This document shows, one piece after another, positions 24,160 through 36,697 of a stretch of DNA of 64,000 nt (the stretch's first letter is position 1; each line of letters begins with the position of its first letter). Below the pieces are notes generated by a model. The model ran no database searches. It worked only from the letters and a program-made list of their open reading frames with translations, and was not told the DNA's origin. A program made the position numbers and the translations under genes. The DNA is from Chiloscyllium plagiosum (Eukaryota): positions 85,728,534 through 85,792,533 of the forward strand of contig NC_057713.1 in assembly GCF_004010195.1 (NCBI RefSeq), written 5' to 3'.

Positions 24160-26357
24160 TTAGACATAGGAGCAGAATTATGCCATCCAAGCCAGCAAGT
24201 CTGTTCCACCATTCAATCATGGTTGACATGTTTCTCAATCCCATTATCCTGCCTTCTCCCTGTAACCCTTGATCCCCTTACCAATCATCTATCTCTGTCT
24301 TAAATACACTCCATGATGGCTTCCACAGCCTTCTGTGGCATTCAGTTCAATAGATTTACCTAATTCTGGCTGAATAAATTCTTACTCATCTCAGTTCTAA
24401 AAGGTTTGCCCTTCACTCGGAGGCTATGCCCAGGGATTCTAGTCTCTCCTACTGGTTGAAACATCTTCTCCATGGGTCCATTCTATCCAGACCTCTCAGT
24501 ATTCTGTACATTTCAATCAAGATCCCCTCGTCCTTCTAAACTCCACCTCAACTGCTCTTCATAAGACAAGCCCTACATCCCCAGGATAATTCTTGTAAAC
24601 GTCCTCTGCGCACCCTCCAAGGCAAGCACATCCTTCCGTAGATGTGGGGCCCAAAACTGCTCAGAACATTCCAAATGCGCTCTACCTAGAGCCTTATACA
24701 GCCTCAGCAATACATCCCTGCTCATTAAACAAATACTAACATGGCATTTACATTCCTAAATGCCAAATGAAGCTCCACATTAACCTTAAAAGAATCCTCA
24801 ACATGGTATCCCAAGTCCCTTTGTGTTTCAGATTTCTGAAGCCATTCCCTGTTTAGAAAATAGTCTAAGCCTCTAGTCTTCCTACCAAAGTGCGCAACTT
24901 TACATTTTCCCATATTGTATTTCATCTGCTACATTTTTGCCTACTCTCCAAGCCTATCTAAGTCCTTCTGTAGCCTTTCCACTTCCTCAACGCTATCTGT
25001 CTCTCCATCTATTTTTATGTCATCTACAAACTTCGCACAAGTGCCCTTGGTTCCTTTGTCTGGGTCGTTAATGTGTAACATGAATAATTGTGGTCCAATC
25101 ATGGACCCTCCAGAAGATCACCAGTCACCAGCTGCCATCCTGAGAAAGACCCTTTTATCTCTACTGTCTACCTTCTGCCAGTGAGCCTACCCTCGATCCA
25201 TGTCAGTACCGACTCACTACACCATGGGCTCTGACATTATTTCGTAGTCTTCTGTGAGGCATTTTGTCAAAGGCCTTCTAAAAATCCAAATGGATCATGT
25301 CTACTGGCTCTCTTTTGTCAAATCTGGTCATTACCATCTCAAAGAATTCTAATAGATTTGTCATGTATGACTTTCCCTTGTCAAAGCCATGCTGACTCAG
25401 CCCTATTTCACCACATACTTTTACATATTTCATAATCTTATCCTGAATAATGAACTTAAACATTTTACCAACACTAATCAGCCTAAAGTTTTTTCCTTCT
25501 ACCTTCTTCCCTTCTTAAACAGGGGGTTACATGAGCTATTTTCCAGTCAGCCAGGACCTCTCAGTGATTCCTCAAAGATCACCATCAATGCTTCTACAAT
25601 CTCCTCAGCCATTTCCTTCAGAACTCTGGGGTGTAGCTCATCCAGTCCAGGTGATTTATCTAAAACAGGCCTTTCAGCTTCCCCAGCACCTTCTCCTTAC
25701 TGAACGCCACTAGACTCACCTCTTCCCCTGACCCTCTTGAAGATGTGGTATGCTGCTGGAGTCTTCCACTGTGAAAACAGATGCAAAGTATCTATTCAAC
25801 TCCTCAACCATTTCTTTATTCCACATTACTACTTCTCCAGCCTCATTTTCCAGTAGTCCACCTTTGCCTTTCCCTTATCTTTTAAGTATCTTCTTTTGTA
25901 TTACGGATGAGCCCACCCCCTTTAACTTTTTCCATGATTTCCCTTTCAAGTGACACCCCCCTCCCCCATTTAGTTTAAAGTAGTTTAAAGCTCTATTTGC
26001 AATTCAAATTATGTGATTTGCCAAGGCTGTGATCCAAGCATGATTAAGATGGAGCCTATCCCATTAAAAAAGCTTCCTCCATCTCCAGTATTGGAGCCAA
26101 TGTCCTAAACATTTTATACCTGTTTCTCCCACACCAAGCTTTGAGCTATGTGTTTACCTCTTTAACCTTGTTGACCCTGTGTCAATTTGCTGGTGACTCA
26201 GGTAGTAATCCAGATGTTTGGCTCTGATTTTTAATATGGCCCTTAGCTGATCATAATCCCTCAGCAGAACTTCATTCCTCTTTGTACCTATATCATTAGT
26301 ACCTATGTAGACCATGACAACTAGATCTTTCCCCTCTCACTACAAATTCCTCTGCAG
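24160..26357 (-). mobile_element. CR1/HER1 LINE, long degenerate copy with internal deletions
   Basis: Minus ORFs SQHGFDKGKSYMTNLLEFFE...DMIHLDF and MKYNMGKCKVAHFGRK...QRDLG; 3' UTR at ~24160-24300. Confidence 0.9.
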
Positions 26358-26439
26358 ATGGAGAAGGAAAAGTTGAAGGGAAGTCTAGCTACGACAGTGC
26401 AGGTCACTGGTGAGATTCACATTAAGCCTGTTGCATATA

Positions 26440-26750
26440 AGAATCCCTACAGTGTATCTGTGAAGAGTATCCCACTCACAGCCATTCCCCAACCCTATTA
26501 CTCTACATTTCCCCTGACTAATGCACCTAGCCTCCACAGCACTGAACACAATGGGCAATTTAGCATAGCCAATTCACCTAACCTGCACATCTTTGGACTG
26601 TGGAAGGAAACCAGAGCACCCAGAGAAAACCCACGCAGGTACAGGGAGAATGTGCAAACTCCACACAGACAATCACCCAAGGTTGGAATCAAACCCGGGT
26701 CCCTAGTACTGTGATGCAGCTGTGCTAACCACGGAGCCACCATGCCACCC
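26440..26750 (-). mobile_element. HE1 V-SINE
   Basis: Reverse complement starts gggtggcatggtggctccgtggttagcacagctgc; V-core present. Confidence 0.9.
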
Positions 26751-26789
26751 TTTAGTCACCTTACTCAAGTAATGAAATTCTTACACTGG

Positions 26790-27056
26790 GGTCAGTTTAG
26801 AGAAGATTCATGTGGCTGATTCATGGATGAAATAATTGTCTTATGAGGAAAGGTTATTCAGGTTGGGTTTATATCCATTGGAGTCTTGATGCATGAGAGG
26901 TAATCTTATTGAAACATAATATTCTGAGGGGGTTTGATAGGGTGGATGATGAGAAGGCATTTCCACTTTTAGGGAACTCGTGAACTAGGGAATACAATTT
27001 CAAAATTAAGGGTCTGCTTAAGTCAGAAATGAGGAGGAATTTCTTCTCTCAGAGGT
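26790..27056 (+). mobile_element. CR1 LINE 3' ORF fragment
   Basis: LSYEERL, RGNLIET, gaaatgaggaggaatttcttctctcagagg. Confidence 0.75.
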
Positions 27057-27074
27057 ACAATAGTTATAAGCATC

Positions 27075-28640
27075 ACAGAGTCATAAAGATATACAGCACA
27101 GAAACAGACCTTTCAGCCCAGCTTGTTCATGCTGATCAGGTATCTTCAATAAATCTAGACCCATTTGCCAGCATTTGGTCCATATCCCTCTGAATCTTTC
27201 CTATTCACATACCCATCCAAATGCCTTTTAAATTTTGTAATTGTACCAGACTCCACCATTTCCTCTGGCATCTCATTCCTTACATGCACCACCCTCTGCA
27301 TGAAAAAGTTCTCTTTTTACAATTTCCTCCTCTCCCCCAAACCTATGCCCTCCAGTTTGAAACTCACCCACTCTAGAGAAAAGATTTTAGCTATTCACCC
27401 TATCCATGCCTATCATGATTTTATAAACCTCTACAAGGTCACCCTTCTGCCTCCGACACTCCAGGGAGAAAAGCTTCAACCTATTCTACCTCTCCTTAAT
27501 GCTCAAATGCTCCAACCCTGGCAACATCATTGTAAATCTTGCCTGTACCCTTTAAAGTTTTACAATGTCCTTCTACAGGAGCGAGACCAGAATTACACAC
27601 GGTTTTCCAAAAGTGGCCTAACCAATGTCCTGTACAACTGCAGCATGACCTCCCAACTCCTATACTCAATGCACTGACCAATAAAGGCAAACATATCAAA
27701 TGCCTTCTTTACTATCCCATCTACCTGCGATTCTACTTTCAAGGGAAGTTGAATCTGCACTCCAAGGTCACTTTGTCCAGCAACACTCCTTAGGACCCGA
27801 CCATTAAGTGTATAAGTCCTGCCATGATTTTCCTGTCCAAAATGCAGCACCTCGCTTTTATCTAAATTTAACACCATCTGTCACTCCTCAGCCTATTGGC
27901 CCATCTGATCAAGATCCCCTTGTAATCTGAGGTAACCTTCTTCACTGTCCAATGCACCTCCAATTTTGATGTCATCTGAAAACTTACCAACTATAACTCC
28001 TATGTTCACATCCAATCATTTATATAAATGACGAAAAGCAGTGGACCCAGCACCGATCCTTGTGGCCCTCCACTGGTCACAGGCCTCCAGTCTGAAAAGC
28101 AATCCTCCACTAACAGCCTCTATTTTCTACCTTCGAGCCAGTTCTGCATCCAAATGGCTAGTTCTCCCAGTATTGCATGAAATCTAACTTTGCTAACCAG
28201 TCCACCATGAATGCCTTACTGAAATCCATATAGGTCATGTCCACTATTCTGCCCTCATCAATCCTCTTCATTACTTCTTCAAAAAACTCAATCAAGTTAG
28301 TGAGACACAAATTTCCACGCACACAGTCATGTCATCCCTAATCAGTCCTTGCCTTTCCAAATGCATATAAATCCCATCCATCAGGACTCCCTCCAACAAT
28401 TTGCCCACCATCGATTTCAGGCTCACAGATCTATAGTTCCCTGGCTTTTCCCGACCACACATCTTAAATAGTGGCGCCATGTTAGCCAACCTCTAGTCTT
28501 CTGGTACCTCACTTGTGACTGACTATCGATGATTCAAATCTCTCAGCAAGGGGTCCAGCAATCACTTCCTTAGTTTCCTACAGAGTTCTAGGGTACACCT
28601 GATTGGATTCTGGGGATTTATCGACGTTTATGTGTTTAGT
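27075..28640 (-). mobile_element. CR1/HER1 LINE RT and 3' end
   Basis: ANMAPLFK...KPGNYRSVSL, SEVLHFG, IEYRSWEVMLQLYRTLVRPLLE; (ctatgact) tail at ~27075-27090. Confidence 0.92.
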
Positions 28641-28689
28641 TTCTCCTCCATTGCCTGCAGTTCCACACAGTCATATAATTTTCAAATCC

Positions 28690-28890
28690 TTACCTCCTCC
28701 TCCTCCATGAGCAATGGAGGCCAGATTATTGAATGTCTTCAAGACTTTAGATTTATTAAGGAGTCAACAACTATGGGGTAGGATAGAAGAGTGAATTCCA
28801 ACCACATCAGATCAACCAAGACCTTATTGGAATGGCAGGCAGGAAGAGGACAAATGGCTTCCCTTACTTTTACTTTTTATGTTCTTTCTT
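28690..28890 (+). mobile_element. CR1 LINE 3' UTR fragment
   Basis: ggaggccagattattgaatgtcttcaag...ttgaatggcaggcagg...caaatggcttcc. Confidence 0.6.
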
Positions 28891-29399
28891 GCACATGGCT
28901 AGCACTGAACGTTTTGTTCTCTCCATCATTTTGTCATCCTTTTCTGCTCCTTTCACTGTGGGGGGAGGTGTAAATAGCACAATAACGGCTACCTGCTGTG
29001 AGTCCATGTTAGTCATCCTCAGTGCAACACATAACACTCTACCTGACCTAGACCACACCAACTCCCTTTCCCTGTCTTGAGGCCCTGCTAGAAATTCCTC
29101 CTCTTTTGTGTTAAGTCATACAGCAGATACTGCATTTCTTTAAGGGGGCATGCTTGTGATGTCATCACCAAATAATGACATGTGATCTAATAATATAAAG
29201 CTCTCAGTCTCTATCTTACAGAGTTCTGTCCTCTTGTAGCAGGGAATGCTGAAGGAAGTGTGCTGCAATATATCGGAATTGCTAATTTTGAGTCCAGCTA
29301 TGCAGGTATCCATGATTATTCATATTACTGACATGAATGCCAGGTGCTCTAATAAAAGGTCATTGAGTTCATACGCGAACACTTCTCATTTGTCTGCTT

Positions 29400-29732
29400 T
29401 TTTATAGTTCATTCACAAGATGATGGCATCTCTGGCTAGGCCAGCATTTATTACCCATCCCTAATTGCTCAGTTAGCAGGTAAGAGTTAACCACATTGCT
29501 GTTGGTCTGGAGTCACATATAGACCAGACCAAGTAAAAGTGGTAGTTTCCTTCCCGAAGGGCATGAGTAAACCAGATGAGATTCTCCTGACAATTGGCAA
29601 TGGTTTCATGGTCATCATTAGACTCTTAATCTCAGATTTTATTTTTATTGAATTCAAATTTCCCCATCTCCCATTGGCAGGATTCAAACCCAGGTTCCCA
29701 GAACATTACCTGAGTCTCTGGATTAGCAGTTC
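29400..29732 (-). mobile_element. tRNA-derived SINE (family of 15983-16325)
   Basis: Reverse complement of 15983-16325; ggattcaaaccc B-box at ~29680-29691. Confidence 0.85.
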
Positions 29733-30032
29733 AGCATGATGGCTCAGTTGTTACTACTGCTGCCTCACAGCACCAGGGACCCGGGATTGATTCCAGCCTT
29801 GGATGACTGTGTGGAGTTTGCACGTTCTCCCTATGTCTGTGCGGGATTCCTCTGGGTGCTCTGGTTTCCTCCCACAGTCCAAAAATGTGCAGGTTCATTG
29901 GATTGGCAAGTTAAATTAACTGCAGTGTCCAGGAATGTGTAGGGGGCGGGTCTGGGTGGGATGCACTTCAGCAGGTCAATGTGGACTCGATGGGTTGAAT
30001 GACTTGCTTCCACACTGCAGGGATTCTCTGAT
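29733..30032 (+). mobile_element. HE1 V-SINE
   Basis: gcatgatggctcag...ctgctgcctcacagcaccagggacccggg, V-core, ends cttccacactgcagggattctctgat. Confidence 0.9.
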
Positions 30033-32030
30033 GTATAAAACCACTAGGCCATTGCTTTGCCCTTATGTTACGGGAGCTAACGTAAGTATCATTCTCAAAG
30101 GACCACTTTACCCATTTCTTTACTAGATCATAGGAAGTAGTTGACTTTCTTGGCACAGGAACAGAGGCTAGTTTAATCTTCCTGTTCAGTAATAAGCAGT
30201 AAATTGCTCACCCTGTAATAATCACTTCCAGACAGAGAAGGTGCCGCACCATGATGATAAAATAAATACTACATGCCAGAATTGGTTTGAAGGGCATTAT
30301 TAAAGTTATTGCTGTCTTTCAAAGATGTTTTACCAAAAATGGTGATGGATTATCGAACTTTGTAATTTAAAAAATTCATAGAGCTACTGCTGAAAGTATG
30401 GTCTGCCCCTGCCTTTTATAACACACTCATTGTAACAGTGTCATCAAAATCTTTACAAGTTCATTCGACTGAATAATATTCTAAAGTGAACACCCCAGGA
30501 AGCAGCATAACCTGTAACTGGGAAAGGGAAGAGCTAGGATTTGGATTATCTCTGAAATTGGGGAAAGTGCATGTATGCTAAATTTTCTGTCTGTGAGTAT
30601 TGTAGTCATTGACCCATAATTACATATTTACATAATTACTCAAATGAGTGTTTTTAATTGCTGTTCTGCTGGTTGGCAATTGCCACTGAAAGAATTGACC
30701 TGGTACATCTGATCTTCAATCACTGCCACCGCCTCCATATGGTGCAATCCTCTTTTAGCGAGTACGGAGTCTAGAAGTGGCCATGTTGGTACCCTGGAGG
30801 AGATTATGATGAAGCAATTAAAGGCTACATCTGGGAGCCCTGTTTGATAATGAAGAATGATGGCTGGGACTCCTGGAGGCCAAAACAATGGGAGCACCCG
30901 AGGTTATGGGCAGCCCTTCGCCCTACCTGAATCTGGGAGCGAGACTCCCTCAGAAGACTTGAAAATGGTGTAAAACATTTCATGTTCAACGCTGCTGGGA
31001 GACTCTTCTCATTTTTTCTGCAAGCTCCAGGCACCATTGTGGGTGGAGGAGAGGACGTTGGGGAGGGGGAGAGTGGGAGGCAGTCTGCCATCTGGAAAAT
31101 CCTGACAGCACATAAAGAGTACCCGCAATTGGCACCTTAACTGGCCAGCTGTCACTGGCAGGTGGGTAGCCATCATCCTGGAAATAGTCCAGAGTTAGGA
31201 ACATCGAGAAAGACTAGCACACAGGCCAGTGACAAGAAAACATTGGTACTCTTGCTTCCAAACTTGCCTCGATCTCCAGATGAAATTTTAGCTTTGCCTT
31301 TTTGTGATGTTAAATGCAATGATTAACACTGAGTTAAAACTGAACTGCAAAGGCAATGATAATATCATTATTTCCTTAATTGTAAGATTTCGCCACACTA
31401 TCGCTTTATTATTTATATCTGAAGACTTTTCCACACCATCACAATTCCCTGTTCAAATATTATCATCTAACCTGGCCCTGCTTACTGAATATTGTGTCCT
31501 AGCTCGCCCCCTCCACCCCACCTTGGTTTAGTATCATTCCCGCCACACTTTTGATCTTCATCTTCCCTATGGAAGGAGTCTACTTGTGTATGAAGTCAGA
31601 TGGTAAGGTCTCTGCATATCATGGCAGAAAGTAATGATAAAAACACATTTGTCTGGATCAGGGAACTCTGTACAAATAATGCTGTGCTAGAAACTCAGCA
31701 GAAGGGTTGTCTCTCCTCTGCCTATGATTTGTTCTTCCTGATGATAAACGTTAAAGAAACTATGGTCGTGGGAAAAGTTGTTGCAGATCACACCAAATAA
31801 CATCCCATTGGAAATGGTTAGCAAATTGCGTTACCTTGAGTCCATAGTAACAATCTATTCCTTGATACACAGCTCAATACATGCATCGGGAAAGGACCTA
31901 CTATCTTTGGCATAGGATAACAAGAAGCTGCCCTCTGGGGCCAAACGATACATTGTAAAGCCTATGTTCTCAGCACCTCGCTGTAAAATGAGTCGCCTAT
32001 AGCTAACTGGAAAAGAAGCTCAATAATTGT

Positions 32031-32333
32031 TTGATTAGATTAAATTCCCTATAGTGCAGAAACAGGCTCTTTGGCCCAACCAGTCCACAACAACCCTCCG
32101 AAAAGTAACCCACCCAGACCCATTTCCTTCTGACTAATGCACCTAGTTCTATGGGCAATTTAGCATGGCCAATTCACCTAATTTACACATCTTTGGAATG
32201 TGGGAGGAAACTGGAGCAAACCCACTCAGAAACGGGGAGAATGTGCAAACTCCACACAGTCACCCAAGGTTAGAATTGAACCTGGGACCCTGGTGCTGTG
32301 AGGCAGCAGTGCTAACCACTGAGCCTCCATGCC
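32031..32333 (-). mobile_element. HE1 V-SINE nested in the RTE LINE
   Basis: gattagattaaattccctatagtg...gtgaggcagcagtgctaaccactgagcc. Confidence 0.9.
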
Positions 32334-32606
32334 ATTATCTTTGCTCTCTGTATCACACTATCTTGCCAGCAGAATAAGCTATTAGTCTGTGATACCAACA
32401 CAGTGAAGGCAGAAGCAGAAGCAGATGAGGCAGAGTCACAAATGTAACTATCCTCTCAGATGCAGAGCTCCTAAATGTGTTGGCACTAATTAACCAGGAG
32501 TAGCTTCAGTGGATTGGGCATATCTGCAGAAGGGAAACATACCCAAGGATCTTCTGTGTGGATAGCTAGCTAGTAGGGCACCTAAAACTCAATTTGCAAG
32601 ATGCTA

Positions 32607-32646
32607 AGGTCTCATCTACCTGCAAATTTGCAGGTAGATGAGACCT
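32607..32646. repeat. Perfect 40-bp palindrome without spacer
   Basis: AGGTCTCATCTACCTGCAAA|TTTGCAGGTAGATGAGACCT. Confidence 0.95.
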
Positions 32647-32831
32647 GAACATCAACTATTGCGTTAGGGAGTTTATAGATGGTGCTAAGACGGATCTAGG
32701 AGAAAGTGAGAACTGCAGATGCTGGAGATCAGAGTCAGGAGTGTGGTGCTGGGAAAGCACGGCAGGTCAGGCAGAATCCGAGGAGCAGGAGAATTGACGT
32801 TTCGGGTATTCCAGGAAAGAGGCTTGTGGGC

Positions 32832-32849
32832 NNNNNNNNNNNNNNNNNN
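32832..32849. other. Assembly gap (18 N)
   Basis: Run of n inside the PLE 3' UTR. Confidence 1.
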
Positions 32850-32974
32850 AGGTCAGAGAGGAGGATGGAGCGGATAGATGGGAAAGGTGATGGATAGGTC
32901 AAAAGGGTGGTGCTGAGTTGGAAACTTGGGACTGGGATAATATGGGAGGAGGGGAAATGGGGAAACTGGTGAAA

Positions 32975-33252
32975 TCCACATTGATCCTGTGTGGTTGCAA
33001 GGTCCCATGGCAGAATATGAGGCATTCTTCCTCCAGGCGTCGGGTGGTAAGGGTTTGGCAATGGAGGAGGCCCAGGTCCTACATGTCCTTGGTGGAGTGG
33101 GAGGGGCAGTTGAAGTGTTCAGCCACTGGGCTGTAGGGTTGGATGGTGCAGGCGTCCCAGAGATGTTCCCTGAAACAATACGTAAGTTGGCACCCTGTAT
33201 CCTCGATGTAGAGGAGACTACATCGGGTGCAACAGATATAGTAGATGACATT
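32975..33252 (-). pseudogene. PLE GIY-YIG endonuclease domain, disrupted
   Basis: NVIYYICCTRCSLLYIEDTGCQLTYCFREHL...PVAEHFNCPSHS fits the PLE pattern NVIY-CxxC-YIGET-R-FxEH. Confidence 0.9.
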
Positions 33253-33281
33253 ATCTCTCAGCCACCCGGCCCACAAGCCTC

Positions 33282-33317
33282 ATTCCTGATGAAGGGCTGA
33301 TGCTCGAAACGTCGACT
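33282..33317 (+). ncRNA. Minimal type I hammerhead ribozyme motif, intact core (PLE family A)
   Basis: TC-CTGATGA(33286-33292)-A-GGGC-TGAT-GCTC-GAAA(33306-33309)-CGTC|GA; palindromic ACGT stem III. Confidence 0.75.
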
Positions 33318-33742
33318 CTCCTGCTCCTTGGATGCTGCCTGACCTGCTGTGCTTTTCCAGCACCACACTCAGGGCTAATAGGGAACTGTCCATAACTCCT
33401 GTGACTATCGTCTACTACCACAATGACTAGTGACTACAGCAGCTTGGTGACAGGCACCAGTGCTGAAAACAATCATCTGTTTTGTCATATGGCAGCTTCA
33501 TGTGCATGATGCACAAGCTGTCTCTCAAGAAATGGCCTTCAAAATCATCAGCAAAGATTCACCAAATGAAGCATTCATACAATCCCCACCACACCTATCA
33601 TTTGCTGAATGTCCATTATCTCTCATAATTGAAAAAATTAAGCAGTTACTGCTCATACGAACCTGACCAGGTGCTGAGAGCAAAATAGACTTTGAAAGTT
33701 TGACTTTCCTGAAAGTTGGATTTTTAACTCAGCTCCAGCTTT

Positions 33743-34477
33743 TGTAAAGACCAAGTAATTATATATTTCTGTATTTTTTATTGTGGACTAAAATGGGAAA
33801 ATTTAAAAACCAAGGATTGTTGAAGGGTTGTTGCATTTTTTAAAAGCAAGTTTCCTGATACTCATTGTAAGTACTGTTTACACAGCTACTTGCTCAAGCA
33901 GTAGTTGAAGTCTGGTTGCAGATGAGCTTGAGCCAAGGGGCTGTTTGCAAAGGGAGGTTCAATCAGCAACAAGTAACTGATTGGTCTGTGGATTAGTGAC
34001 CAGTTGTAAGTGTGAACCAAACACTCTGTACCTCCTGAAAACAAGCAAAAATATATACAGAGAAAAGGTCGAGAGTCAGCATTCTGATTAGCAAAAAGAT
34101 AATCTCAACAAACCAAATGGACAGGGAACACTGAACTATGTTCTCAGACTTTCCCTCTGTGCATACCATCCATGTTTTCTTTGTGTCTATCTGTGTCTGT
34201 CCATATGTGTATGTGTAGGGGGTATTCTACAACTGGATTAGAGTTTTGATGAGTCAAGTCATGTTGATGGTTCACGATCACCTGTAGTTAGCAATGACCC
34301 ATTTGCAATAGTCATTTTTGTGAAGTACAGAAACTAGCCTATGTTTTCTGTCAGTCTTGATCTAAAAGTTGGATAAATTAGGGAATTCTGCAAGTTTTTA
34401 AAACATTCTGTAACTTTGTGACAACATGGGAATAGCAGAGCCTGATTTCTAGCGCACTACCCCAGTGAGGTCTGACA
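33743..34477 (+). mobile_element. Probable solo LTR
   Basis: Begins TGTAA, ends TGACA, 735 bp, flanks cttt/tttt, no recognisable coding content. Confidence 0.45.
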
Positions 34478-36014
34478 TTTTCCAGTTCTGATGCTCAATA
34501 TCATAATTTCATTCCAGATCCTAACCTAATTAATATGAGTGAACTTAGCAGAGACAAGCACTGAAGCGACTATTGGCTTCCTTGGTCTCAGTATCACATG
34601 TAGCATAATGTGTTTTGCGCTTAACGCCATTTGTTGGAGACACTATGGCTTAAAAAAAAAGCTCAGAAATGACAATTTGGCCTCTGATGGTTGTTTTTAA
34701 GTGTTGTGGTCTTGAAAACAGTCACAATGATTAAACTCTTCTCACACCAAGTCAGCTCTCAATTTCTTTGGGGTTTTTTTTCCCCCCAGCCCAGATAATT
34801 TCTGTCTCAGGCTGTGCAACTCAAAGGGGTGTGGGTGTGAAAGGGGGCAGCCCCTTGATTTACTCATGGGGTTCCAGTGCATGATGAAGCTAGTTTTGGA
34901 AAGTACCTGTTTCCCAATAATTCAGGTCATGTGAAACATTTCACATCTGCAAGTGTACTGCTGCCTGCGTTATGTAAGAAAAAGAGAGAAGCATATTGTG
35001 TTTGGCAATGTGAAAAATAGTTCAATGTTCTCACCCAAATGTCTTTAAATTTATAGCCTTTACCAGAGCTCTGTTGAAGGATTTCATCGCTCTGTGTTGT
35101 TCCATCGGGGAGATTACTTGAATACCAATGAGTCATATACTAATGGATCACTGAATGCATTCTTTAACTATAGTGGGCATCCTGTGATGCTTATTTATAC
35201 AGGCACCACATTTTAAAATGTGAGCATTAAAACATTGAGGACAAGGCATCCAACTTTTCTGCTGCCAGTTCTTGAGATCAGAAGTAAAGAAATGTACACA
35301 TTGTCAATGGATATGCAAGCAACCATTAGTTTTAGAGTTGTGGCTTTTCTTTTGAAGCAAAGGAACGGTTCTATTTGGTGAAAGAGGTGACAGGTATTGA
35401 TAGAGACATGTTAGTGACATAGGATAGGATGGTTTCCCACTTAGGAGGGCCAATGTTACTCTCAAACATCAAAGTCTACATAGACTTTTACAGCATAGAA
35501 ACAGGCCATTTGACACCACTGGTCTCTGCTGGTATTAATGCTCCTCTTGTTGCCCTTTCCACAAGAACAGAAGAAAAAGAAACAAGAGTGGACCATATGA
35601 CCTGTTGAGCTCCATTATATGATCATGGCAGATCTTGCATTTTGCATATAACCTTATCAACATGTCTGTCTATTCCTTTCTTCCTCATATGTTTATTTAG
35701 CTTCCCCTTAGATGTATTGTGCACTTCACCACAGCCAGTGGTGGTGCATTGCATCTTCTTTCTACAGGCAGTTGCTAAGTAATGTCTTCTGTACCCTGGC
35801 TGTCCTGTGGGATGGAATTTTGATTGGTGTCACAAGCAGACACAGGAATAGCCACATGTGCACCATATTCACCCAGTGTGTTGTTTAGGTGGCTTGAACC
35901 ACTTCCTGGTCATTGATATTTTGTTAGTGGACAGCACAACCAAAGACTAATTTCAGATTGGAGTTTCCCAGGTCCCTATGCCAGAACATCACCCATTATT
36001 TGGGTTGACCTCAC

Positions 36015-36697
36015 CTTTGCTGATGATACTAAGCTGGGTGGCAGGGTCAAATGTGAGGAGGATGTTAGGAGATTACAGGGTGACCTGGACAGGTTAGGTG
36101 AGTGAAGAGATGCATGGCAGATGCAGTTTAATGTGGATAAATGTATGGTTATCCACTTTGGTGGCAAGAACAGGAAGGCAGATTACTACCTAAATAGAGC
36201 CAAGTTAGATAAAGGGGCAGTACAGAGAGATCTGGGTGTTCTTGTACACCAGTCAATGAAGGTAAGGATGCAGGTACAGCAAGTAATGAAGAAAGCTAAT
36301 AGCATGCTGGCCTTCATAACAAGAGGGATTGAGTATAGAAGCAAAGAGGTTCTTCTGCAGCTGTACAGGGCCCTGGTGAGACCGCACCTGGAAGAGGACA
36401 CAGCTTAAAAATACGGGGTAGACCATTTAGGACAGAGATGAGGAGAAACTTCTTCACCCAGAGAGTGGTGGCTGTGTGGAATGCTCTGCCCCAGAGGGCA
36501 GTGGAGGCCCAGTCTCTGGATTCATTTAAGAAAGAGTTGGATAGAGCTCTCAAGGATAGTGGAATCAAGGGTTATGGAGATAAGGCAGGAGCAGGATACT
36601 GATTGAGGATGATCAGCCATGATCATAATGAATGGTGGTGCAGGCTCGAAGGGCAGAATGGCCTACTCATGCACCTATTGTCTATTGTCTATTGTCT
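36015..36697 (+). mobile_element. Young CR1/HER1 LINE 3' end with internal deletion
   Basis: FADDTKLGG...WQMQFNVDKCMVIHFG...LYRALVRPHLE joined directly to RGHSLKIRG...FFTQRVVAVWNALP; (ctattgt)3 tail. Confidence 0.95.

Larger units (their letters stand above)
31560..32690 (+). mobile_element. RTE-clade (BovB-like) LINE, degenerate, split by an HE1 SINE
   Basis: VWIRELCTNNAVL (~LIRELLFADDAAL), LMINVKETMVVG, cgttaccttgagtcc (~YLGS), CKAYVLSTSL, WIGHICR. Confidence 0.65.
32698..33370 (-). mobile_element. Penelope-like element family A, 5'-truncated, with inverted pseudo-LTR
   Basis: GIY-YIG coding fragment on the minus strand; termini ~32738-32805 and ~33303-33370 are inverted copies; tail at 32698-32737. 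Confidence 0.9.

Noticed and set aside
32681-33388. TSD around the GIY-YIG PLE (gtgctaagacggatcta versus gggctaatagggaactg)
   Set aside because: About 5 mismatches in 17 bp; too weak to call.
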